DNA from: Proteromonas lacertae
Lineage: Eukaryota
Reading direction: 5' to 3'
Length of the DNA stretch: 64,000 nt
Assembly: GCA_002245135.1 (NCBI GenBank)
Contig: NGBS01000002.1
Span: forward strand, 186,001 to 250,000
Part shown: positions 1 to 12,912 of the stretch, one piece after another
How the letters are laid out: each line of letters starts with the position of its first letter
Numbering within the stretch: position 1 is the stretch's first letter
The notes under the pieces: generated by a model
The model's input: the letters and a program-made list of their open reading frames with translations, nothing else
The model's database searches: none
Told to the model about the DNA's origin: nothing
Translations under genes and position numbers: made by a program

Positions 1-297
1 TGTTTATTACTTGAAGTACTATCAACAGATTCAATAGATTTTTTAACTGGAATATTTTCATTTTTTACTTTTTCAGTTGGATTACAATTTATTTCTGTTG
101 TTTCTGTAGGTTTTGTTACTATTTCATCTATTGTTTCTTCATTATTATTTCCTGTTTTATTTGTATCATTCTCCACTAAAACATCTTGTTCATTATTATT
201 AACTTCAATTGGAGGTGGAGGTTCTAAATATTGTGATAAAATATTACTACATATTGCTTTGATTATTTTGGAAGATAATTCACAAAATACTTTACTC

Positions 298-329
<32 letters not shown>

Positions 330-619
330 TATATTATATATATACATTATCTTTACAATAATTCCTTATTTCATTTTCAATATTTGATAATATTTTGGGA
401 GATAACATTTTGTATATGAAATTCTGTTTTTCGGTAAGTTGATTCATTAATATTATTTCATAGATATCCAATATATCTTTAGGATGTAACGCATCTATTT
501 ATTGTTATTAATTTTATATTTGTATATATAATATACTTGATTCATATTTTGATATTTTATTAAAAGAGTTATAAATTGATGCAATTGTTGCAGCTGCACA
601 TGATGGTCCACTCTATTAA

Positions 620-654
<35 letters not shown>

Positions 655-1239
655 TTGACCTACCCAACTTTTTAATAATTGAATATTATATTTAGGATGA
701 ATATTCTCACTGTGACCACATATACATATATTTGGATTATATTCATTTGGAGTATAATAGCAACAAACACAACCACCATCAGGAGGAATTATACGACTAT
801 CTATACCTTTATCATAAGGAATTTCATAACACTGATTTGTCTAAGTATATAATATGTTTAATAATACATGACATGAAAGAGGATGATGACAATAACACAT
901 GTAAGTATCAAATTCTGCTTGAGATGGAATTTTACATTCACAAAATTGGCATTTTATGCCATACACTAAATGTGGTGGTTTTACTCTTTTTTGGTCGGTT
1001 GTTATAACTGGATCTTCCTCTACATCATCTGCTGTTAATAAAGCATCTTGTTTACTACTACCATTTGTATTTTCATTAGTATTTGTTTGATTCACTTCAG
1101 ATGAATCATTTTGAGTAGGATTAGCAGATTTATTTGATTGAGCAACCTTTTTCTTTATTTTCTTCTTTATTTTCTTCTTCTTGAACATGTCAGAGTAGTC
1201 CATTAACAAATCTTCTTCTTCGACATTGTTTTCATCCAT
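1..1239 (-). CDS. Hypothetical protein, 3' end outside window; Cys/His-rich N-terminal region followed by a QSGPSCAAA motif
   Basis: ATG at 1239. Removing GT-AG introns at 841-867, ~613-654, ~495-536 and ~297-346 keeps one frame (CQFCEC..CYCHHPLSCH|TNQC..CVCC..CICGH..H..WVGQ|SGPSCAAATIASIYN). The Q-x4-C motif loosely resembles C39-like/papain-fold cysteine proteases (weak). Confidence 0.6.
624..653. repeat. (TA)n microsatellite within an intron
   Basis: Pure TA run at an intron 5' end; similar runs at ~9703-9727 and ~39852-39867. Confidence 0.8.
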
Positions 1240-1346
1240 AGTTTTGAATTTTTAAAAACTGTTTCAAAAAATATAGTGAGTTTCAATTTCAGTCAAAAAA
1301 CTCAACAACTACAACTACATTTACAAAAATTTAATAAAATTATTTT

Positions 1347-2502
1347 ATGGTGCTAGATACTAAATTGAAAAGCAATATGAAGAGTTTTTCAAACACATAC
1401 AAAAGAAATAAAGGTATTTTATAATTGTTTTGAATAATAGGAGTTACAATTGGTTGGATTATTATTTATGTGGCTATATTAGGATTAGTATATCATTTTA
1501 CAATTCGTTTTACCTCTTATTATTACACTTAATCGCAATTACTTACTTTACGATATTGATAGGGTGGGATACATTCTTCATAAAAATACTTAAAAACAAA
1601 GAGTATGGTTATCTCAACGAAATATTGTTAATGGGTATAATATCTGTTGTTTCAACTGGTTATCTATACCAATATGCTCCATGTTCAGAACAAGTGCTTC
1701 TACATTTTTATTTACTTCTTTTTTCAACGTATAATATTAATAGAATAAAAATCATAATAAAATTAATATAGATGTGTGAATGGAATATCTTCTGCTTATT
1801 GTTCATATTTACACAAACCTAATAAAACTCTATTTGATATTGGTTTTTGGTTATTTCCAGAAATATCTCGTGATTCATGGTTTTTCTATATTGGTGATAT
1901 AATGGATGTAATATTAGTATTTTCGTTAATTACAATATTTGTATTTTTATCTCCTGAAAGTCGATTAAGTTTCTTTTGCAGTTCAATTCGTTTAACTTCT
2001 ATAGTATATTATTTGAGAGCAATTACTACATTTTGGACTTCTTTGCCTGGTCCAGCTATTCATTGTAGAATTGGTTCAACTGAATTACCTGTTACTAGTA
2101 GTATATATGATATATTAGGTCATATATCTCCGTTATATGGAATGAGTCGAAATTGTGGTGATTTAATATTTAGTGGTCATATTGCTGGTGCATATGTATG
2201 GTTATATTGCTTTACAATGGCATTACCAAAGAAATGTATTATTTTATTAATAGTTTTTATAAAATAGATCGAAGAACTGGATGGATAATAATGATAGTTT
2301 ATTTATCAATATTAATTCCCAATTTATTATGTTGTCGTCGTCATTATTCAATTGATATTGTTGTTGCTTTATTTATTGGAATCTTTACGTATATAATAGC
2401 TATTTATTAATGATGAATAGATCTTATTTATTTCATAATTCATGGATTCCTCGAGGTTGGAATGAAAAACCAGCAAATAAATATTCTGTAGAAAATTATT
2501 AA
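1347..2502 (+). CDS. Sphingomyelin synthase / inositolphosphorylceramide synthase family (PAP2-like)
   Basis: Family motifs TSLPGP, CGDLIFSGH and RRHYSIDIVVA plus TM helices. Five introns, including an AT-AC intron at 1490-1542; stop TAA 2500-2502. Confidence 0.88.
1490..1542 (+). other. Putative U12-type AT-AC intron (53 nt)
   Basis: 5' ATATCATTTT; branch-like CACTTAAT 9 nt before terminal AC. Removal gives in-frame ILGLV-YFTILIGWDTFF. Confidence 0.7.
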
Positions 2503-2693
2503 TGGATATATTGCCAGTTGGTGAGAATCATTTTTACAAACATTCTCATCAATTGGAAAAATAAAATTAGATAGAATTTCACAAGAAGATCTCCAACATT
2601 ATAAATATATCAGATTTTTCCAAACTCAGAATAATATTCATATAATTATACTTGATTAATTTTGTTGTATTAAAAAAAAGAAATAAAATGGAA

Positions 2694-4128
2694 TTAAATA
2701 TTTATTATATTATTCTCTTCTATCTCATTTACTTTTATACTTCTTTCTATCATTTCCATATCACTCATATTTATCAACTCTTCATTTATACTTTTCATCT
2801 TTATACTTATATTCAACAATTCATTCTTTAGATTGATTATATTTTTATTTAATTCTCCTACATCATTCAAATATACTACAAAACAATTATCAAGTGTTAA
2901 ACATAATGTATAACATTCATCTAATTCTTTTAATAAACCACTTTCATCATATTCTATGTTTCTTAATGGTAAATAATTGCAACTATTATATACTTCTTTC
3001 ATAATATATTGAAATTTACTCTAAAATATATAAATATTTATTATACTTTAAAATCATTATAATACTTCATTAGTGATGATAAATCTGTGTTTGTATTATT
3101 AATTATTTCATTATATATTGATATTAATTTATATTTGTTATATGTAATTAATGTTTGATAATATTTCATCTTTCTTCTTTCATTTTCTCGATATACATTA
3201 CAGAATAAATTCTATTCATAATGATTAAAAATATATAATATATATACTTCAATTTTTTCTTTTTCTACTTTTATATTATTATTAAACATACAATTTATAT
3301 AATTCCATTGTATATATTCATTATATAATATATTTATTATCATATCTTTATCTTCATCACTTGTATTATTAATATAACACTCCAATACTTCATCATTTAA
3401 ACAACTTAATTTAAAATCGATTGGTATATCAGAGTTTATATAATTTGACAATTGTTTTGATTTTGGTGTTACTAAGGGACTTTTCCTCTGTGATGGTGAT
3501 AATGATCTAGATGGAGTTCTACTTCTATTTCTTATACTCATCCTTGTACTTGGAGAAGATGATCTAATCTTCGTTGTCTTAGAGAGTGAAGGTTTTTTAT
3601 AATTTGAGGATGGTGTTTGTAATGTATTGGATGGTTTTGTTGATTGGTTTCTTCGAATTGACAGAGATGGAGAAGATGAACGATATAGAGTATTTCCTGG
3701 TTGTTGTTGTTTAGATGAATTTAGTGTAGTTGATTTTGTGACTGATATTTTAGGAGGTAATTTATTTAATGATTGTCTTGACATTGTTGTAGATTTTGAG
3801 CGAAGTGTTAAGTTGGTTGTTGATGATTGTTTAGATGTTGATTCCTTGTTGAACAGGAGTTCTACTACGATTTAAAAGAGTTGAATATGAACTATTAGTA
3901 GAAGGAGTAGAAAATGAGTTTCTAGGTTTGGGAGCAACTGGAGTTTTAGATCTATTAAAAGCCAGTGGTGGCTTTGATTGAATTGTTTTGTTCATTTGCT
4001 TCTAAACATTATAAATAATAAAAATACAGATTGACTTTCCTCTTTTCGTTTCTTCCATTCTTCCAACCTTTTTCTAATCGGATCTATTCAAATTATATAA
4101 AGTGAAGTAATATACCTTCTGATTGCAT
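2694..4128 (-). CDS. QWRF/augmin subunit 8 (HAUS8)-like microtubule-associated protein
   Basis: Spliced MQSEDPIRKRLEEWKK, a long basic Ser/Thr/Pro-rich region, then LYNEYIQWNYIN (compare the LHNRxLQWRF motif) and a coiled coil. One frame break near 3845. Confidence 0.6.
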
Positions 4129-4158
4129 TGATATTCAATTTTTAAATTTGAATTTAGC

Positions 4159-4184
4159 TCAAGCTTTTTTATTTAAATCAAGCT
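4159..4184. promoter_or_regulatory. Tandem TCAAGCTTTT motif, candidate promoter element (one of several instances)
   Basis: Two copies 31 and 50 bp from ATG 4128; the same TCAAGCY core lies near six other start codons. Confidence 0.5.
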
Positions 4185-4260
4185 TTTAATTGTTTGTTTT
4201 GTTTTTGAGTGAAAAATAGAGAGAATAGAGACTAATTACTCTTAAAATAAAGATTATGAT

Positions 4261-5250
4261 TATTCTCATGATAACAAGCGTATTAAATTGAATTTTAGTC
4301 ACATGACTAATCCAACTGCAAATGTGGATAAAGGAAATACAACATATATATTTAATAACTCATTCATTTAATATGAAAATAAAAGTGGAAGGAGAAAAGG
4401 TATTAACTCTTTACAATATTGTGAGTTTCTACAAAAACCAATTCCTCAGTTAATAGAAAAATATCCAATTGTAAATAATAATGATAGATAAAAATCATTC
4501 AAATCATCCGATAATTATAACATCCTTCTTACTAAGGATTTAAATAGAGAAAGTATTATACATTTATCTATTCAAATTTCATATGATGGAGTAGAATTAA
4601 CACCATTTTCATCAATCAAAAAATCAATTAATATACTATCATTTAAATTATTAAATGTAAAAAATAATGTAAAACTAGTTAATGTTATAGCTGTGGATGA
4701 TAGCTGCAATTAAGTATTTAAATTTTCATTGTTATACTTCCGCTAACTAATTTTAGTAGATGGTGTAAAGGTAAAAGCATATGAAAAATAGAAGAAGGGA
4801 AAACAATTAAAGTAAGAGAAACAATGCGAGAGTATAGAAGAATTGATTTCAAAAATATAAACATCAAAACGGTTATTCAGTGAATAGATGTGTAAAAGTG
4901 TTTAATAATGATAGTTATAAACTTTTTCTGATGAAAGAATATGGAAAGAATGTGAGTATTTTCAATTAGAATTTTTATCTATTCAAACTGAGATTAAATT
5001 TATTACATACTCTATCTATCAATCTTTTATGAAGATTTAATAAAAATATTGGAATACTACATATGGTAGTATATTTGTTGAAATTTTGCATTTACATAAG
5101 ATTATTTTGAAATGTGAATTACATCACTACAATAATATAAGTAAAATATGTGATTAAAAATGAGTAATTGACTTTGGAAGAAGAATAACGGCTGGTAAAT
5201 CCGTCGATTCTGTATATTAAAGATTAAAGAATGGTAAAAAGAAAATATAA
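4261..5250 (+). pseudogene. Degenerate coding relic, possibly an EnSpm/CACTA-like transposase fragment
   Basis: Frame from 4261 reads protein-like but has TAA at 4369, 4489 and 4711. It includes HLSIQISYDGVELTPFSSIKKSINILSFKLLN, resembling the LxLxxDGxxxxPxxS..LxN motif of EnSpm-type transposases. No clean splice model was found. Confidence 0.4.
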
Positions 5251-5436
5251 TATAAACATTTCACTAATCATTAACAGTTAAATATATATTAATAAAATTA
5301 ATTACTATTTTTATTATTAGTAGCATTACATTGTCATTATATTCTATATTCTCTCCTTTACTCAATTTAAGGCTTTATTTTCTTTTTGTTAATTTCATAA
5401 AACGAACAAATTATTGAAACAGAAATTCCCTCCAAA

Positions 5437-6402
5437 ATGCTATATACTCTACAATTACTCAAAAATCTAGAAATACAAGATGAAACAATTGATGAATCAG
5501 TTGCTGCATTTTTAGACGGTATAAGATCATTAATTAAGAAAGTCTAGGATTACTGGAAGATAAAGTAAGTATTGAAGAATATGAAGATGCTTTAAAAGGA
5601 TATGTCACTGATTTGGAAGAATATGATGAACCAAAACTACATAAAGAAGTATTTTGTAATTATTAAGGTATATACATAGATTGAGGATATATTTAAAAGT
5701 TACAATGAAGATAGTGACAATAAGAAAAAAGAAAATAAAGAAAATAAAGTACCAGAAACACATCTTTCGAAATCCAAAGAAAATTTAGTAATATCAAGTA
5801 AATTACAAATAGATCAAGAAGAAACAAACGATACAAATGAAAATGATGCTTCTGATGATGATTTTGATGATATTGTAGAAGAAGAACCAAAACCAAACGA
5901 AGAAAAAGTAAGACAATTAACAGAGTTATTTCCACAATTATCATTAGATATTATAACATACTTAATACTCAGATATGTAGAAGTATCAGATATAACAGAG
6001 AAGATATTAAATACAGCAAATGATAATGATTTAGTTAAGGAAATGAATGATTATAAAACAGAAAAGCAAGAAGAAAGAATAAAAAGACAATTAGAAAATG
6101 ATAAAAATAAGAAAAAAATGAAAGAGAAAATTATAAAGAAACATATGTTTGTACCTAAGGATACGATAGTTGTATATATTTTATGTTTATAATGATAGAA
6201 AGAGAATCTAATAGAGAAATCAGCATTTGCTGTTGATAAGAAGAAGAAGAAGAGAGAAGTTCGTTATTTAGATGGTGCTGTTGTATCTAGTAAAGGAGAA
6301 AAATATATAATTGTAGATAAAAAAGAAGAAAATCAAGATACATTTTGTAATATAAAAATAAAACCTAAAGGAAAAAGAGGTCCTTCTCCTAATTTTAAAT
6401 AA
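5437..6402 (+). CDS. CUEDC2: CUE domain-containing protein 2 homolog
   Basis: Three short introns; CUE-like LTELFPQLS; C-terminal VRYLDGAVVSSKGEKY matches the CUEDC2 tail. Confidence 0.75.
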
Positions 6403-6510
6403 CAAAATATTTTTACAATATATTTATTATCAGGGTAAATAATAAGAGAATTAAATATTAGTTTGATTATCATCAAGCCTATATTCTTTTTAAATTCCTC
6501 TTTTCTCGTC

Positions 6511-9500
6511 ATGAGTAAATCTAATGCTTCAACTTCTTGTTTATTTCCAATTTTGGGAGATGACAATATAGAAATAGATGATGATAATAACCAAGGTAAT
6601 ACTATAGAAGAAACTGAGTCAAATGAAGAATCAATAAAACCAGAGAAGAGAAAACATTCTCATCATCATCATAGTCACCACGAAAGAAAACATAAGAAGT
6701 CTAATAAAGCAGATGAAGAAGAAAAAATCTGTATGATAAAATCTGTATTATATAAATAGCTAAAAATGATAATTATATAATTGATAAAAATGGTGATGAT
6801 AGTATTTTATTTTATGGAAGTAATGATAGAGAAAAAGTTTCAAAGTATAATAGACTCTATTATTACAATGTTAATAGTTACAAAATTGATAGAAGAATAC
6901 TACCACTTGGTATAGAAGATCAACCTGCATTTGTTCAATACAAATTACAAAATCACTTACCATCAAAGAATGTTAGATATTTCTCAAGTGCAGTAATAAA
7001 CCAATTAAAAGACAAAAACAAAAAAAGAATTCATTATGAAAAATCAACATTAAGAAATAAAAGATTAGATAAAGATATGATTATACTGAATAGTGATTTT
7101 TTACCATTACCACCAGAAATAGAGTTAAAAGATGATGAAGAAATAGATAGTAAAGAAGAAGAAGAAGAAGCTTTGAAACTACAAAAACAATTTAGCGAAG
7201 AAGAAAGAAAAAATCCAAAAAGAGTAGAATTATGGTTAGAATATATAAGTAAACAAGCATCTCCAGATACATACCTTACTGGAAAAGCATTAGTATTATA
7301 TATATATATTATTATTATATTATTACCAAGTAGAATACATTAGTAGAAAGAAAAATATCACTTTATCAAAAAGCATTAGAATATAATCCATGTGATTTGA
7401 GATTGATCAAAGGATTAATGAATATAATATCAAAAGTATATATATATACTATTATTATTATTATTATCGAATTATAGTATTGCGAAGAAGAAAGATCAGA
7501 GAAATTATGGTCAAATATATTAAAAGTAAAGAAAATGAAACCAATACTATGGAGTGACTATATTCGATATAGAGTGAACAATTTTAGTGATTTTAATATG
7601 ACTAAAATGAGATTATTATTTGAGAATGGATATAATGATTTATTAGAGTATTATAGTGAATTAGAAGCAGCAATAAATAATAATAATAAAGCAACAATAG
7701 TAATCAATAGTGATAATAACTACAACAATGATATAAATAGTGATAATATTGAGAAACTAAATGAAATTGAATATTCACTTAGAAGGTTGATTAATATGAG
7801 TTGTGAAATAGAAAAATGTTCAGGTTATAGTAGTATTGGATTAATTGCATATCAATGTATTTACGAATATAACTTCAATGTATTTATAATATTTATTTAT
7901 TCATTTATTAGATGCCAAATGCAGTAAAAGGTCAAACAGTTGAAACTAAGAAGAGATTCTTTGAAGTATATTATGAAGGAAATAACAACAATATAATTGG
8001 ATTTAAGAGAGATAATAGTGGTTGGAATAAATGGATGGAAGAACAGGAGAATGAGATTGGAATAAATAAAGATGAAGAAACAAAAGCAAAATCATTTTTT
8101 AAACACAAAAGAACAGCAAACCAGAATAATAATAATAATAATAGTGAATTATCCATATTACAACAACAACAACAACGACAATTAAGGAGTGATTTATCGA
8201 CAATAATGAAGAGAAGAAATGAAATAATGTTTCCTTGGAGATTAGATCCAATAATAACTAATGATGAAGAAGAAAAAGAGAAAGAGAAAAGTGATGATGA
8301 TAAAATAGAAAATGATGAAAATGTGGAATATGAGACATTTTGGAGTACAGTTCATAGAGCAAGAATTACTCGTCCAAAAGTCATGCAAACAGAGAAAATA
8401 TATAAGAAAATATTAGGTGAAATAAACGAAATAGAAGAAAGTAAAAAAGTAGAAAAGGATAAGATAAAATATAAGAATATTGATCCAAATGATTCTTATT
8501 ATTTGTATGTAATAGTTTAATTTTTATTTATATATATTATATAGATTATTGAATAAAGAGAATGAATTGGACGAAATTAACTGGAAACCTAATTATATTG
8601 ATAATAATGTATAAATTTCACTTTTCTTTTATATATTATTCTCTCTATAGATTGATTTCAAGATTATCTCTCCATATCTTATAAGATTCAACAACAAAAT
8701 GAAATATGAATTATTATACGATATGTTAGAATATAATGGTGTTTATATAACCAACAGATATTCAACTAATTCACCCATTTATCAAGACAAATTACTGTTA
8801 TCAGATACTCTAAAGAATGATATATTGTTATTTGATGAAACTTATTCATTATGGGAAATTATACAGAAACAATTACTTATATGTAATATAAATAGTAATT
8901 ATATGATGGATAATGGAAGAATAGAATTTGTATATTTTATTTCATTTTTTTAATTTTATTTTTATATAGATTCGAAATGTTATTTATACAGTTTGTCAAA
9001 ATAATCCAACAGATATTCCACTTCATTGTTTATATATGACATTTGAGAGTGAAATATCATTAATCAATAACAACAGTGACAATGAAATATTATATAGAGA
9101 AATAGGTAAAAAGATACTACAATCAAACCCTTCAAGCCAAAGTGACTTAAGATTGTGGTATTACTACATAGCCAATGAAATAAGACATAATCAAATAGAT
9201 GAGGCTTTGAATTTGTTAAATAGAATATTATTAACTTCTAATCAATTACCTTCTCAATCTAAAGTCTATTCATCTTTATTAACTCAATTACTTGTTTCAG
9301 TATTACTGTTCAAAGGTTCACAGAAGGTAATTCCTCCATTTATCGATGATTTTTCAGCTGTTATTCAAGTTATTGTGTTATTTACTGAAGGGAAATACTG
9401 TGATTATAAAACAGCAATTAATATTGATCAAAGTAGAATTAATAAAGCAATACAGTGGTTTGAACTGAAAATAGATGTATATATTTTATGCTTATAATAA

Positions 9501-10389
9501 TATCATTTATTTATATAGAGAATAAAGAGTTTAAATGATAAGAATAAACTGCAATTTCTGCAAGATGAATATTTCTTATTACCTCCATTTGCATGTATAA
9601 TTCTATTATATGGATATTTGCAATATACTCAAAATGGAATTGAAGAATTTATAAACACAATGAATGAAAAAATTGAAATATTTCATGTTGATAATGAATT
9701 TGTATATATATATATATATATATATATTTATAGTTACCTTATGGTGAATGGTTATTATACAAAGAATATGAATTTTTATGTTATTACATCAACTCATCAA
9801 AAACAATAAGTAGAAAAATAATGAGAAAATCAATTTATAATTCATTGCAGATATACCCAAATAATCAACTGCTATTACTGTTGTTATATAAATACCAAGA
9901 GAATGGTCCTTTATCATTTGTATATATAATAATAATATAAATTTTATAAATACATAGACAATTCGATATTATTTAATGTTATTACTAGATAATTGTGAAT
10001 CTTATTTAACAAAATTATCCATTTTAATCACACCTATATCTATGCTATATTGTATCCTATTTCACTCAAGTATTCTCTATCGCCAGTCAAAATATGCCAA
10101 TTCAAAGCCTTCACCATTTTCTATTAGAAGTTTATTTGAAAAGGTAATTGAAAAGGGTGGAACAAATATACCATTGATATGGAGAGAGTATATTCTGTTT
10201 GAAATGAATAATAATGAGTATGAGAAAGCAAAACAGGTGTATTATAGATCAATTTATAGATGTCCATGGTCTAAAAAGTTATGGTTAGATGTAATAAATA
10301 TTCTAAGACCAATTCTAGAAGAAGAAGAGATAAAAGAGACACTTAAGATCATACTTGATAAATCTATTAGTTTAAGGAGTATTGAATGA
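6511..10389 (+). CDS. NRDE2: NRDE2 nuclear RNAi/exosome regulator (HAT-repeat protein)
   Basis: About ten GT-AG introns. Motifs DKNGDDSILFYGS, NPKRVELWLEYI, ERKISLYQKALEYNP and C-terminal LIWREYILFE..AKQVYYRSIYRCPWSKKLWLD. Confidence 0.88.
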
Positions 10390-10505
10390 TTTTATGGATA
10401 TTTTAATTAATATATCTTCTGTATATGTGTTTGTTTTTTATTTTGAAATACTGTAACGAGTATATATTTTTAAACTGTTTTTTTATTTTATGACTCTCAG
10501 ATATT

Positions 10506-12807
10506 ATGTATTTATTAGTAGTTATATTTTTAGGATACAACTCTACGAGAAGAGCAAGAAAAACAACTTGTCAATCCTAACGATCCTGATGTTTTAATTG
10601 AATACTTCGAAAAATATCCTAGAGAAGTAGTAATCCGTATAATAAAAACTATTATACATTTTAAACGAATATAGAAATGCCTACTCTTGGATTAGCTCAT
10701 TTAGGCCTTCCTGGCTTTCCAAAGTGTTTATTAGACTTTTCAAAACTGAAGAGTCTAAATTTAAGTGATAATAAAATAACTCGTCTTCCAGCGCATACTA
10801 TTTTACATGATTTGAAGTGCTTGGAGGATATAGATGTGTCAAATAATTTTTTACATATATTTGAGGATGTACAAATACTGGGGTATTTAGCTAACCTTAA
10901 ATCACTTAATTTCCTTCACAATCCATTACCTTACATGTTTAACAAATTCATTTTAATTGCTTCTTTATTTAGAACAGTGAGTTATGGTATGATTAAAAAA
11001 AAGTATTATATATATCAATAGATGCTGGAATAGAATTCTTACAATATCCAAGAAAAGGGTTATTTCCAGTATTGAAAGTATTAAATACAAAAGAAATAAG
11101 GATGAAAGATTTAGAACATATTGTCAGAGATATTACATTATTTCGTTCAAAACCTGAAGAAAAACCAAAATTATTTCAACCAGAGATTAATAATCATGTT
11201 ATTGCAAGTAGTATGAATAAAAAAATGTTATTATTGTATAGATTATGTTGAAAAGACAATTGAAGATAATAAAAAAAGACAAAAACAAAGACAAATTCTA
11301 GTATTATACCATTTTATTATCATTAGAGGCAAAGAGCTAAGAATAAAGAGATTCAATCGAAGCTTAGGACATTCTTTTTATCAGGAACAGATACTAATGA
11401 AATAAAGTATATATAGATATGTTTATTTATTAATGAATATAGTGAAAAACCAGATACAGCTGATATGGATTTGTTGTTATTAGCAAAAGAAGGTGAAACT
11501 TATAAAAGTTCTCCAACAAAAGAAAAACCAAAATCAATTCAAGAAAGAAGTAAACCAACCTCGTATATATATAAATACATTTTATAATTCAATTAATAGA
11601 AAGAAAAATTATTTAGATGGCGAAGTAAAACCAATAAAAGATGTACTTTCAAATAATCCACAAGAACATGAATTGTTTTTAAGACATAGAGCATTTTGTA
11701 TATATTCTATATTTTGTAAAGACATATAATATTCTATTTATTAAATAGGTGAATTAGAAAGAAGTGAAAATCTTATTTTAGATAGTAATAATGTAATTCC
11801 AGATACACAGAAGTCAGATTATCAGAAACAAGTGATTGAATATGATATAAGTAAAAAAGCATATGAAGAAGTGAAGGAACAATTTCCTGAGTCAGATTTT
11901 ACTTATACATCTCTTTTACAAGCTTTTCATGAAGAACAAAAACAAAGAACAGAAGAATCTGTGGATGTGAAAAGAAGTAGAAAGATTAATACTTCTTTTA
12001 GAGGTAAAATAAATCCATTACTGAAAATGCCAGTATTATTATTATAGATTATAATTATAGGTTGAAAAAATGGATAATTATTTTGTAAAATTAAGAACTA
12101 ACATGATTCAATATGATTTACCACCGCCAAAACCAACGCCTGCTCAATTTGAAGCAATAGAATATGATTTAATCAATAAAAATGTACAAAGAAATCACAA
12201 TATAAAGAGAAAGAACTTCTCACAGATGTATAAAAATAAAGAAAGTAAATTGTGGAAGACTAATCCACAAAAGATGAATGATATATACACAAGAAATAAA
12301 GTATGATTATATCTTTGAACTCTTTATAGTTTTTGAAAGAAATAAGAGAAAAATCACAAAAGAATAAAAAAGATGAAATAAAAACTGATGATGATGATGA
12401 TAATTCAAAAACTGCTTTGGCTAGACCCAAATCACTGTTTGATAAACTTAATGTTAAAGGTTATAGACCAATCGAAACTGTAGAAATAGCAGAGAAAGAT
12501 CCATTGAATCATATTCCATATGAAAAGATTATGAAAGAGTATATATAATAATATATTAATTAATAGTTGTTCTGAAATAAGAAGTAAAACGGAGGAAAGA
12601 CTCAATAAATTATCAAAGTTGAATGATGATTTTATTCAACAAGAAATTGAATGTATGTTAATTTCATATTTGTATATATTATTAGTTGATAATTCAAGAA
12701 GTAACATTTTACCAATTGTGACACAGAGAGTATTACAAGCAACAGAAGATTATACTCAAATTAGTATAGGAAAAAGAACTATTAGTTATTCAAAAGAATT
12801 TGTTTAG
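10506..12807 (+). CDS. Leucine-rich repeat protein (SDS22-like LRRs, LRR cap, charged tail)
   Basis: LKSLNLSDNKI, LEDIDVSNNFL, LKSLNFLHNPL, then FPVLKVLNTKEI. About 12 short introns; start uncertain. Confidence 0.75.
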
Positions 12808-12912
12808 ATTAGATTTTATTTTTTTATTTTTGTTTGTGTTTATTTCTTATTTACCATACAAATTTCAAATGTTTTATAAGTCAATGAATAATTGAAACGA
12901 AATGAAATTCAT

